From Octopus bimaculoides (lineage: Eukaryota): DNA of 64,000 bases. Location: NCBI RefSeq assembly GCF_001194135.2, contig NC_068985.1, positions 17,863,824-17,927,823 of the forward strand, given 5' to 3'. The notes under the pieces are model-generated. The model saw nothing but the letters and a program-made list of their open reading frames with translations. It ran no database searches and was not told the origin of the DNA. Below, one piece after another: positions 12,148 to 24,556 of this stretch (positions are counted from its first letter, which is position 1; the number at the start of each line of letters is the position of its first letter). The position numbers were made by a program, and so were the translations under genes.

Positions 12148-12453
12148 ACGGAGATGTACTTGCATAGCAAGTGACCTGATCTGAGATCGTGTGCTGGAAC
12201 GAAAACAATTGCAGCGTGGAAGGTGTTTATAAGCCATTTAAAATAACACACAAAAGCCGTCAGATTCACTTCAACATTTAAATTTAATTTGTCAAAATAT
12301 TTTCGTCACTTTGAGACTGCGACCTGTTCACTGACAAAATTGTGCTGCATCTTTTGTCAGTGAACAAAATTAAATTTAAATGTTGAAGTGAATCTGACGG
12401 CTTTTGTGTGTTATTTTAAATGGCTTATAAACACCTTCCACGCTGCAATTGTT
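12148..12453. mobile_element. 306-bp insertion with an internal foldback (perfect 88-bp inverted repeat)
   Basis: 14-bp direct repeat tataattttaaatt at 12134-12147 and 12454-12467. Arms 12203-12290 and 12367-12454 are exact reverse complements. Nested 15-bp IR at 12325-12339 and 12352-12366. Confidence 0.85.
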
Positions 12454-12514
12454 TATAATTTTAAATTTGTGTGTAAAATTGGAACAATTAAAATTTAATT
12501 GGAAATTTACTAAC

Positions 12515-12652
12515 TTGTGAATTTTTGTTCTTTGGCCTTCCTGGTCCACTACAATGAGTAGCTTTTCCATTGCTGTCTTTGAATTTTTTGTTTGGTTTAT
12601 CTTCAGCTCCACTGCCACCTTTCCCTCGTTTTACGACTGGCACATCAGAAGC
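12515..12652 (-). CDS. TADA3: TADA3 coding exon (basic/Gly-rich linker)
   Basis: ttttctccag|GCT...CAA|gttagt, 138 nt, phase 0-0. Ends with GPGRPKNKNSQ, like vertebrate GPGRPKSKNLQ. Confidence 0.9.
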
Positions 12653-13075
12653 CTGGAGAAAACAAAAAAATGAAGCAAAAAAAAAAAAGAAAAGAAAAAA
12701 AGACACTCCTAAATACACATATATATTCTTGTATATATATTTAAACATCAAAAAGGTCTAGAATTTGGTCTAAAAGGAAGAATATCAAGTAATAAATGCT
12801 AAATTTTCCAATGAGGAAGAAGCAGACATTATATCTGAAATACACCAAGTTATTCTTTTACTGGTTTCAGACTTTGGACTGCAGCCAAGCTGGGGTACCA
12901 ACCTTCATGGGTTTTGGTCAAACAACCCCAGTATTTATTTCAGTCTGTACTGATTTTATCAATGTCTATTTTTCGAAAGGCTAAGTTAAGTTTTTATGTA
13001 AAGAGACACAACTTGATACCTGGTAAACATTGACAACATTGACAAGGAAACCACATACATACATACATATATATG

Positions 13076-13127
<52 letters not shown>

Positions 13128-13189
13128 NNNNNNNNNNATATATATATATATATATATACATATATATATGTGTGTATATATATATATAT

Positions 13190-13220
<31 letters not shown>

Positions 13221-13944
13221 ATGGGTTTCCTCTACAATTTTTGTCTACCAAATTCCAGGCACAAGGCATTGATCAACAAAGGCTACAGTTGCTTAAGATG
13301 TCGCACAGTGGGATCAAAATGTGTCTAACAGTTCTATTTTATAAAATAGATTATTTAATTATTAAAACATACATAGCATTATCTTATCAAAACATATTAA
13401 TTAAAATCTTCAACTAAGCAAAAATGTACAGAAATTATTTGATAGGAATGAAAATTGTATGCATGTGTAGATTTTTATCTGGAATAATTAAAAGAATAAT
13501 GTATAACTTTAAAATAAAATGATGAAAAATTATTTTTTTTATATTAAAAATAATTGCATAAGAAAAGTAAAAAAAATCAAACTGAAAAGCTTAGAACTAA
13601 TTGTTGATAATTGCAATTATTAGCAAAAATTTTTAAACAGTTAACAGTGAAAAATTCAGAGAAACCTTAGAGGAAAGCAAAATGTTTTTTTCTATATCTC
13701 AAACTTCAAAAATGACCATTTAATTGGAATTACTTCATTCTAGCAAGCAGCCTGCAAATTTATTGTTAATTTTCTAATTATTATGAATTTAATTTCTTTA
13801 GCTAAGACAATGGGTAGCTCCAATGGTTATATTTTAAATGAAATTATAATTTTGAGAAAAGAATATTATAACAAAGTTGTGCAGAAACAAATTTCAAAAT
13901 ACACAAAATGTTGGTACACTAATTTGAAATCTGATAACATAAAC

Positions 13945-13989
<45 letters not shown>
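13945..13989. repeat. (TAT)n microsatellite
   Basis: Direct reading. Confidence 0.95.
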
Positions 13990-15228
13990 GTTTTTTTATC
14001 AAGTTAGAAAACAATACAAAATCATAACTGGGTTGTTAGATATGGTCTTTGTTCAAGGATGAGATGCTTTAACAGTATTCCCAGTTCTATATTTACATGT
14101 AATAGAACTAAGCCGGTCTACACCTATTTGCGCTCAGCTAGAAAGAGTGAATGATATTCGTTTTGCTGAAGCAACTGTTTAAATAGTTGAATTGCTGTTC
14201 AAGAGCCAATCATTCAGCCTTGAGTAGAAAGTGGATTTTGTTTTCTCAAGCAGACAAACAAATTTCACTGCCTGGTCCCAAAACTGTAGTATGGATTTTT
14301 GGCTAACAAACACCATAACCTTACAGTGAATGCAGTAAAAAAAGAGTTTTACATTATCATCCACAAGCATGATAACTGTCCATATACTAGAAGACTATCT
14401 GGAAATTTTAAGACAATAGGTAAAATATTCCTTAATAGCTTTAATAAGACATGACAATGCCAACATGTCATTATAAATATATCATCATACAAATTTTGTT
14501 TTCCCATATTGGCATGGGATGGAGCACGTACAGGGTCAGCAATTCCGGGGGAAGGGAATAGTTGATAATATTGACTGAAGTTCTCAGTTGGTACTTATTT
14601 TATCAACCCTGAATTGATGAAAGGTAAAGCTGACCTCGGCAGCATTTGAATTCAGAATGTAAAGATGCCTGACATGCTGCTAAGCATTTCATCTGGCATT
14701 GCCGATGATTCTGCCATCTCGTTGCCTTACTCTATTAATAGCAACCTCTATTAATATTAACCTCAGTTACCATAAGTTTTGTAATTTGTCTAACTTAACT
14801 CACTAAAGCTAACTGGATCAAATGATTGATACAAAATCTGGCTTTTTTTTTTTCACATAATATAAATTTCTAATTTTCCCAGCTCATTTTCATATCAAGT
14901 AACTTCAAAATATAATTAGCTTATTAATTGTATGGAATACTAACATTATTTAAGATATTTTCATTTATTTTCAAAGAAAATTATCATCTAACTTTTGATT
15001 GTCTGATTACTGATATTTTTAGTACGATGCCTTTACTAAAAATATTATGACGATCATTAAATTGATAGTAATTTTCCTTTTTGTGAAAATTGAGTAGTTT
15101 TAATGCTTTATAGGAACAATTTTTCATAAACACATCAGCAGAAAGACTTGGAAAATCTTTAGTAGTTTCCCAAACTAACTAATGCTAAAAACTGGAAATA
15201 CATTAATAAACACACACACACACACACG

Positions 15229-15260
<32 letters not shown>

Positions 15261-16444
15261 AGTATATATGTTATAGATATGTTTGTATATGTTAGGTTGT
15301 TATATTTGAACAGTGAAGTGCTCAATCCAGACTTAGAAATGTGTGCATATCAAGCACTATTTATTGACTCATGTGCATCAGGTGAGTTTTTCTGAAAAGT
15401 TCTCAAGAAACTGAGCATATGGTGGTAACAAGTATGGAATATTTCGGTATGCCAGGTCAGAGAACCTTGATCAGTTCTCACTCATGTAATGTTTATATTT
15501 CTTTGTTCAGTTTTTGATTTCCATACAAATCTTAAGTGCTGTACTGTTCTTTAAGTAGTCGTAATGAAATTAATGACACAATCTGTTCTACTAATCTAAA
15601 TCCCAATGTAGCTGGTTAAGATGTATTTTGTAGTGATGTCAATGCAACAGTAAAGTATTTCTTCAAGCATCTTCCTTTAGGGGAGGGGGAAGAAGAAGAG
15701 CTCCATCCTTCAGCAATAAAAACACGTTGAGATTTATATTTCTTGAACCGTTTACAATGTTTTTGCACTGTATCCTTGATAATAGAGGGACATTTCTGGC
15801 AGTCATCAGAAGCTTGTTATACTTTGTTGAACAACCAGTGCAATTTGTGGCTGTTTAGAAAAGGTTTTCTTTCACAAAGAAGAAAACTCCTTACAACACT
15901 CTTTTTCACATTGAGGTAATACTGCAGCTTTCTTCCATTTATTCGTTTTCTCAGTCATTATAAGATAGCCATATATTCTTACAGGTGAGTACTTCATTTT
16001 GTGACTTTTGAAGGTGGCTTTATCTAAGGATAAGTGACCTAGTCCTCTTAATGTCTTTACAATGATATTTCACAACACTAGGCACATAATTTGATTTTGT
16101 ATGTATATAAAATTGGTTGTAGTTTGGTTTCCTGAAGGTCTTAACTGGAGTATAACATTTACTTGTATGTAGAGAATGATGGTATCTGCTTATCACCAAG
16201 GTGCTTCGTAAAATTTCCAATGTAAAATTACAAAACCAGAGTTGTGTGACTGTACAAGTGCTATTTGCCCTATATTTTCTTCTTTTTTAAGGGGTTGCTT
16301 TTTTTTTTCTATGTTATGTTCAAGATTAGTGTTTCATTTTGCCAATGGTTCTGTTCTAGCAGTACACATACACATTAGATGTTATAAACTGCCTTGTCAA
16401 CTGATCTTCAGAAGGTAAATTCTGAAGATTAACAATAAGCTTGG

Positions 16445-16476
<32 letters not shown>

Positions 16477-16884
16477 CAAACAGATCAACCACCAAGAAAT
16501 GCCTAGGGAGAATTTATGCAGGCTTTCAATTAGTAACACCAAGCTAAACACCATGAATAAATCTCCCAATCTCAGCACCAGGAGGCATGTCATATCAGAT
16601 AAGATTTCGATGAAATTCTGTTAAGTAAATTAGATATTTGTAATCTTTCACACTGCACTAAAGCAATGAGGGTCTTCTACTGCACATGTACCAAACATCT
16701 CTTTTTTGTTCTCTTGTCAACAATAAGACATGGGGTTACTATAAATCATCCTTTTGATTGTTTTCCATTGTTTTCTTGTTCCTAGTTAGATATCATTATT
16801 TGTTCTTTACACGTCTTCTCACCATTTCCTAGAACACATTTGCTGAACACTTTCCTGTTTTTGTTCTTGATGTAAGAGACCATG

Positions 16885-17110
16885 TTAAGGCGGCAAGCTA
16901 GCAGAAACATTAGCACGCCGGGCGAAATGCTAAGCGGTATCTCGTCTGCCGCTACGTTCTGAGTTCAAATTCCACCGAGGTCGACTTTCATCCTTTCGGG
17001 GTTGATTAAATAGGTACCAGTTACGCACTGGGGTTGATATAATCGACTTAATCTGTTTGTCTGTCCTTGTTAGTCACCTCTCTGTGTAGCCCCTTCTGGG
17101 CAGTAACTGA
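16885..17110 (+). mobile_element. SINE family C copy
   Basis: aaggcggcaagctagcagaaacattagcacgccgggcgaaatg...catcctttcggggttgattaaataggtaccag. Confidence 0.8.
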
Positions 17111-17131
17111 AATATGAGACCATCATACATA

Positions 17132-17172
<41 letters not shown>

Positions 17173-19666
17173 ACAAACTCAGTAATAAACTAGGAAAAAG
17201 TTGAAATCATTTGATAAGAAGATGAGAATACTGCATAATTGAATCCTTAATATCACTAGCAAGACTTTCTTTTTTATGTTACAGTTCTAAAACTGTGGAT
17301 CACAATAGCAAATAATTAATAACAGATTTATATCCCAGTTATTATTAAACATCACACAAAAGAAAGTGTTAATTCCATTTCATTCATGCAAGGCTTGGGG
17401 TATAATCTTGGGGATAATTAGCATTATCAACATCATCATCATCCTCATCCTCATCCTCATCATCATCATAAAAGTTGTGTTTTTTTTTTTTTGATCCACT
17501 GCTTGACACAGGCCTCCCTCATCACTCCTCATTTTCCCCTAACTCCTGTTCTAGCATTCCAGTTAATCCCTGCATGGTTTATTACCTCATTCCTCCATCT
17601 GCTTCTTGGACGACCCTATGTGAGGAAATACAGAATACCAAATAACATTAATGTTATTTTTGCTAATTAGTTATTTTATTTGTTGAATTAGTAATATTTT
17701 TTTTTTTTAAAAAGCAATGAAATAATTATAACAATTGATAAAGAAATAAAAAACAGCTCTTAATATGAAAACAATAAAAATAAAGGCAAAGTAAATAAAA
17801 ATATAAAAAAAAGATGAGAGAATGAAAATATAAATAAATACAACCAACCAAAAACTTTCTAATTAATATAAAGAACCGATGAACTTGTCCAATAATTAGC
17901 TACAATACAATTAATTACACAATGCTAACAAAGTAATATTTGATTGGTACAAACACACTGGTAGTTTGGTATAAAATTTGCCCAATCAACAAATTGTAAT
18001 TTTTTTTCTTTTTTCCTTTTAAGAAATCTTTGAGATTATACAGTAGAGTTATGGTTAAGTGGCTTGAAACCCCAAACCTCCAGCAGCTGTATGAAAATCT
18101 ACAAAATAATTAATCACATGATAAATGGAGTCCCCAATAGCATCTTACAAATTGAATTAGTCTCCTAACTTTACCTTTGTGCAGCCGAAACTAGAATAAA
18201 GTAATTCAAATAGAATGGAATCATCATAGAACTATTGTTAATAAAGAAAGTTTTTTTTTTAAAGCCTGTCTCCCGTGATAAAAATGAAATATAACAGAAT
18301 AATTTGGCTGTGTTTTATAAGAAGTTTTGCTTTAACTCAGTAACTTTGGAAACTTACAAATAGTACAAACTAGTTTACTTTGTCATTTAGTTCTTTTTTT
18401 TTGTCTTATATAATACCATAATCAGAATACACATTTACAAAATTCCAAGTAAAAGACAGGTCAAATAGAATAAATACTTTTTTTTTTGTTTTACAATAAT
18501 TTTGTTTCAAATATTTAATTAATATAATATGTTGTTTGTCATAGACTGCTTTCTGAGTTGCATGGTTTACATACTAATTCGAAACAACAGACACACACTA
18601 AATAGGAACAAATAATAATAATAATAATAATAATCTACCTAATGGCATTTTACACAAATTGAAATACCTGCACATAATGAATGCAAAAAGTCAAAACATA
18701 GTGCCAAGTTATCCGAGAAAGACTGACAGTGGTAAGTTTTGAAAAAAAAAAATAACAAAAACAAACTAGCATAAAACACAAAGTGATGAAAATACCACAA
18801 ATAGCACTAAAAATACAACTGAGATTATCTTTTGTCTATAGACACAAATGACAGAACTGAAAGCAAATTTATTAGACTAAAACTGATTATGGATTAAAAC
18901 TAAGCTTGATTTTATGAAATAAGGATGGTGCTTAAATTAGGACCACTGATAACAACAGAATGGATCACTAACCATGCAAAATGTTCAAAATAAATTTCCT
19001 GTCCTTTGGACTTTATCAGATTCAGAAAAGCAAAGTAAGGACAAAGGAAATAAAAATTTATTAAAACAAGATGCTTAGATTGAGATAAAAATTATAATTA
19101 GTTTAAAAATATATATTACCAATGAAGCATGTCTAGAAAAGCTTTGATAACAAGAAAAGCAACAGCAATAATGGAAAAATAAAAAGCAGACGGTAAGGAA
19201 AGGCTTACTAAATGAGGCAAAAATAATATAGGAGTTTGCCGTAGGTTCTACGAGAGGGTTGAGAGGTGCAAGGATTCTAGCCCAAAGAAGAAAGATTTAA
19301 GTATAAAAGTGACAAAGGATATGCAAAGACAGTGCATAAAATAAATTTATAATCAAAATCTAAGAATGAGGCTAGTTAAGTGGTGTTAAAAATGCAGAAA
19401 AATTTGAATCTAAATACTTACCTGCTTCTAAAGTGACCCCCACCCTCAAAGGGATAACTGAATAGATACCTTGCTAATATACAATGTCGTACTTTGCCTA
19501 AAAGATACCTGATAATCTAGGCCAAAATTTGACACCACAAACAATGAGATAAAGTTATATATTCAAATCAAATTGCTAATAGCTTTTTACATAATAAATA
19601 TTCAACTCTTATATTCTAACTTTAATAAGATCAACTTTATCATGCTAGCAGAAAAAAATGAAATCA

Positions 19667-19704
<38 letters not shown>

Positions 19705-21049
19705 NNNNNNNNNNNNNNNNNNNNNNNNNNNNNNNNNNNNNNNNNNNNNNNNNNNNNNNNNNNNNNNNNNNNNNNNNNNNNNNNNNNNNNNNNNNNNNNN
19801 NNNNNNNNNNNNNNNNNNNNNNNNNNNNNNNNNNCAAACATATATTCTTTTCTACTCTAGGCACAAGGCCTGAAATTTTGGGAGAGGGAGGTCAGTCGAT
19901 TAGATCGACTCCAGTACACAACTGGCACTTAATTTATTGACTCCAAAAGGATGAAAAGCAAAGTCGACCTCAGTGGAATTTGAACTCAGAACGTAAAGAC
20001 AGATGAAATACCACTAAACATTTCGCCCGGTGTGCTAACATTTCTGCCAGCTCGCCGCCTTATACAAACATATATTTCAGATGAAAGACAATTAATACTA
20101 GCAGTGTCTAGACTATTAGTACCTGCCAAGAGCCCTAGTTATGGGTCAAATAGCAGATGGTATTGTGGCTGAAACATAAGGGCTCAGAGGAGGGCTGGCC
20201 TCTAGACATGTGTCACACAGGACTATTGGATGTGGACATGCCTTGATGTTGGGTGAACCAATCTTCCTGTCTTACAGTTAAATAGGCCCTGTACCTAAAG
20301 AACAAGCTTGAGAAAATAGGAGACTAAACTAAAAATAATTCCAAATAAATCATCACCATCATCATTTAATGTCTGATTCCATGCTGGTAAAAGTTGGACT
20401 GCCTCAAGTTCTACTGTTTGCGTTGGCATCGTTTCTATAGCTCTTCCTAATGCCAACCACTTTACAGAGTGTATTGGGTGCTTTTTAAGTGGTACTGGCA
20501 GTAGTGAGGCCACCAAGTAACTTGAAAGACAAGAGCCCCCCTCCTTCCATTCTCAACTGATGTATGGTGTACTATTGAGGGAGAGAAACAGGGGTCTAGC
20601 AGTAGTAGAGGAGAAACATGGCTATCTCAGGTGGAAAAAGAGAGAGAGAGAGGCAGAAATAAGATGGTGTACATATAATGGGGCATAGACTCAAGTTACA
20701 GGGAGGTGTATATAGTGAAGGGGATTTGAGAGGATGAGTAAGTTCACAATACTGCAAATGGAGAGTGAAAGATGGAGTGGGGATTAGAAGGGTATGTTGT
20801 GGGGAAGAGATTTGACAAGACATTTGTGTGCAGGTAGGATAGCAAGGGAGAGTGGGAGACAGAGGAGAAGGGGAATACTGTGGTGATGGTGAGCATGGGT
20901 GGAGGGAAAGGAGGTGTCAGGAAGATGAAACATGGGGGAGAGGTCTGCCAGGGACAGATTGTTTGTAGGGTGGTAGGGCATGGATGTAAAGGACATGCAT
21001 TTATGGCCTTGATTTTACTTGGCTGGATGTGTTTTCTCAAGCTTAGCAA

Positions 21050-22690
21050 CGTGCCTGTTGTTTTGGTCCTTTGTCTTCAACTCAATGAAGCTCAACACCT
21101 GAAAATCATCTCTCAACACTTTGTCCCATGTTTTCCTCTTGCAGAGGTTCCCCCCACATTTAGAGATTGGATCTTCTTTATGCAGCTGTCTTCATCCATA
21201 TACATCACATGACCATACCAGCGCAGTCTTCTCTCTTGCACACTACACCTGATGCCTCTTATACTCAATTTTTCACTCAAAACAATGCCAGTGTGCATGT
21301 CGAACATGCACACTGGCATTGCACATCCAGCAATTTGACACCTCTGTAATTACTTCTGTCTAAGGCATCTTCTTTACCTTGTAGCAGCTGACTATAATAC
21401 TGCTACACCAGTTATTGGGTATGACCTCTTCTTGGACAACCTGATTAATTATATGGGTGACTAGGCCACACCTCACTCTGCCAGATATTTTAAGCATCTC
21501 AGCAGTAATTCCTGATGGGCCAGGGGCTTTTCCTGTTTTTATATCCTCAATTGCTTTATCTATCATGCTGCTATCAACTTGGATAGTTGGTACTTCTGTT
21601 GTGCTCATGTTAAGAAGATTTACCTTCACCCATGCATTCTCTACATTTAGCTGCCTTTCATAATGGCACCACCAGGCCTTTTTCTTTGCAGAATCACTAA
21701 GTACAAGAGTATCATCATCCATCGAAACATACATCACAATCTTGTTTGACTAACCTCATGCCTCTGGTCCTCCTGTTATAGAACATTGACAAACTTCTTC
21801 TTTTCTGTTTCTTCCCTAGCTAAATATACCTGTTGCCTAGCTTCTCTTCCAGCTACCTGGTATAGTTCTCTGCTACCCCGACTCTTACAGACCTGTTTCT
21901 TTGTTCTTATGGTCCTATCTACTTCACTGTTCCACTACCATGTCACCCTAGGTCTGGTTGGTGCTGAGCACCAGCCATAGATTTAGTCTGTGGCCATCAG
22001 TAAGTTGCCCCATAGTAATTTCCAGTTGGTCTCTGTGTTAGGTGTTTCTATCTCCTCTGCCTTGTTGAATGCTTCAGTTAGGATGTCTCTAAAGCTCTAA
22101 CTATTCAATGGGTCCTTAAGCTTCCAAATCTTCCTTTTCCAAACTGGTTTGCTTCTTGGAGCCCTTCAAGCCTCAAATCTGAAGTTGCTAATGACCAACC
22201 TATGCTGAGGAGCACATTCCTTCCACGTGAAACTCTCTGCATTTATGAGCAACCATCTATTCCACTTTCTGGTGAGAATGTAGTCAAACTGTCTCATGTG
22301 GCCACCAGACTGATAGGTAATCAGGAGACTGGCTGGTTTCCTGAAATTAGTGTTGTAGACCATTAGGTCGTTAGCATCACAGAACTCCAGTAGCCTTCTT
22401 ACCTCTGCATTTAGGGAACCAACTCCATAACCTCCACGCACACCACTGAAGTCACCTAACTGTTACCCAACATGCCCATTGAAGTCACCAGCCATGAAAA
22501 TAAGGTCATTATCATTTGTATTGAGGTAGTCTGCAAAAAGGTATGATAAAATCGGTCAGTTTGTTCATCCTGCAGTTTCAGTTGAGGTTGTAAATGAGAA
22601 ACGAAACAAACGAGCCAAGATATTTTGTATAGGGATGACAGGAAGTTGGAGTTGGTCAACGGAAGTGACAGCCATGCTGCCACCACTGCA
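21050..22690 (-). mobile_element. Internally deleted RTE-type LINE relic (APE endonuclease, linker and C-terminus; RT core missing)
   Basis: GGYGVGSLNAEVRRLLEFCDANDLMVYNTNFRK and FDYILTRK (endonuclease), KTGKAPGPSGITAEMLK (pre-RT), then a jump to QERRLRWYGHV. Confidence 0.85.
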
Positions 22691-23209
22691 AACTAGTAAA
22701 CAAGCCACATGACTTTCATGGGATGAAAATATACGACTTTATGACAAAGACAAGATATACACATTTTCAACACATCAAAAACTTTCATTGGATGAAATTA
22801 ATGACTTTTTCCCAGAAATTTCATAGAAAGAATCAAATAAAAAGGAGGAAACCAAACACTATCCTGTCAGAGTTAAACAATATATAACTAATGTAACTCA
22901 AAGAATTCTATTTAGTTTAGCTTAACAACTGATATTGATTTGAAACTAGTTTTAACATCTTCATGCTATTCTTTTCAATTTATAAACTTTTATTTTATAT
23001 AAATTCTTATCATGTTCTCAATTCTAATAATAAAATAAAAGGGTTCTAGAATTAATGCTCATTTAACATAAAGTGAATAGAATTTGTAATTTAAGAAATA
23101 TCAACCTTGTTGCAATAAAGAAAACAATTAATTCAGAGAGCCTCTATGCAGTCACTTGACTCACCAGACAACTCTTGGAGAGAGAGGGAGAAGGAGAGAG
23201 AGAAAGAGA

Positions 23210-23254
<45 letters not shown>

Positions 23255-24508
23255 AGAGAGAGAAGTGGGGAGAGGATAAATTGGGTAATGTTGTCCCAGA
23301 TACCTCAGCCTACAAAAATGGCAAGACGGTCAATGATAGAATTCTTTTGACTATTCTTTTGACTATAAGCTGCTCTATCAGGGTTAATTTGGAATTAAGC
23401 AACAATGAACTGATGACGATTTCCGTCATTTAAATTACATAAAATAACTGATTGCTAAGAATTGTAAATTTTGAGAAATTTAACAGCTAACAGCAGTACA
23501 ATGTGATAAAAGTTTACAGCACAAAAGATGGAATGAAGAAGTAAACCTTTGAACAAAACTTTAAAAATGCTGATACTGGAATCTGACAAGAGCCACATAA
23601 AAGTGAAGACAAATATAAACTACAATTGTCATCATCATTATTTAAAGGCTGGCACCCATGTTGGCATGGGTTGGATGGTTTGACAAGGATCTGACATGTT
23701 GAAGGTTTGCATCATGCTCTGTATACTTTAGTATAGTTTCTTTGGCTAGATGCCCTTCCTAACACCAAACACTTTACAAAGTATACAAGGCGCTTTTTTT
23801 CCTGGCACCAGCTTTAATGAAGATCACATCATATCTTGCAACGTTAAGAATAGAAGCTGATTTTAGGTGGAGGGATGAGGGAATGAATAAGACGAGAGGA
23901 ATAGTCGTGACAGAGTGTAACAGAGTAAGTAGTAAAGCAGTCACTATGTATATAAAGATGTATACACTACATATGTGTGTGAAATTTAAAGAAATGATCT
24001 CTCTACCAAATTACTAAGAATCAAAATGTAAAAGGCGAAATACATGATTTATATATACATCAGCATCTAGCATGTCACATTTGTGATGAGTTAGTTTAAA
24101 TTATTTAAATACCCATTCATTAAACTTTTTTTTTTTCATAGATTTTTACATTCTGCTATGTAGATTAGCATTTTACCAGTGCAAAAATGTAATATTTTTA
24201 TATAATATCTTTAAAATTGTATTCAGCATTACAATTACAATTCATGAAGTCTTTCTTTCTTTGTATTATTTCAAACACTGGCAACAATATAATTATTCTG
24301 GAATATTACAATATACCAAAAACAATGGTTCTATTGCTTTTGTGATATAGTAACCAAGTGAAAATTAACTTTTAAAATGTTTAACAGGAAAAAATTTCTG
24401 AAATTACAAATTTGAAAACTTTCTTAAAGAAATGATAAAGAATGAAGAAAATCAGAATGAACGCTATAACTAAATTACATAGGATGTAAATATTAAAGAA
24501 ATACTTAC

Positions 24509-24556
24509 AGGAAAATTCTTCAAAGTTTCATTTTTATTTTTCACAACACTGTTCTC
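24509..24556 (-). CDS. TADA3: Candidate 48-nt exon of TADA3
   Basis: ttgtctcttgtatctttcag|GAG...CCT|gtaagt, phase 0-0 and open (ENSVVKNKNETLKNFP). Strong splice sites in a phase-0 intron. No homology support. Confidence 0.5.

Noticed and set aside
15300-16250. Possible decayed Tc1-like transposase on the minus strand
   Set aside because: Only a vague basic stretch. I could not identify TIRs, a TSD or catalytic motifs.
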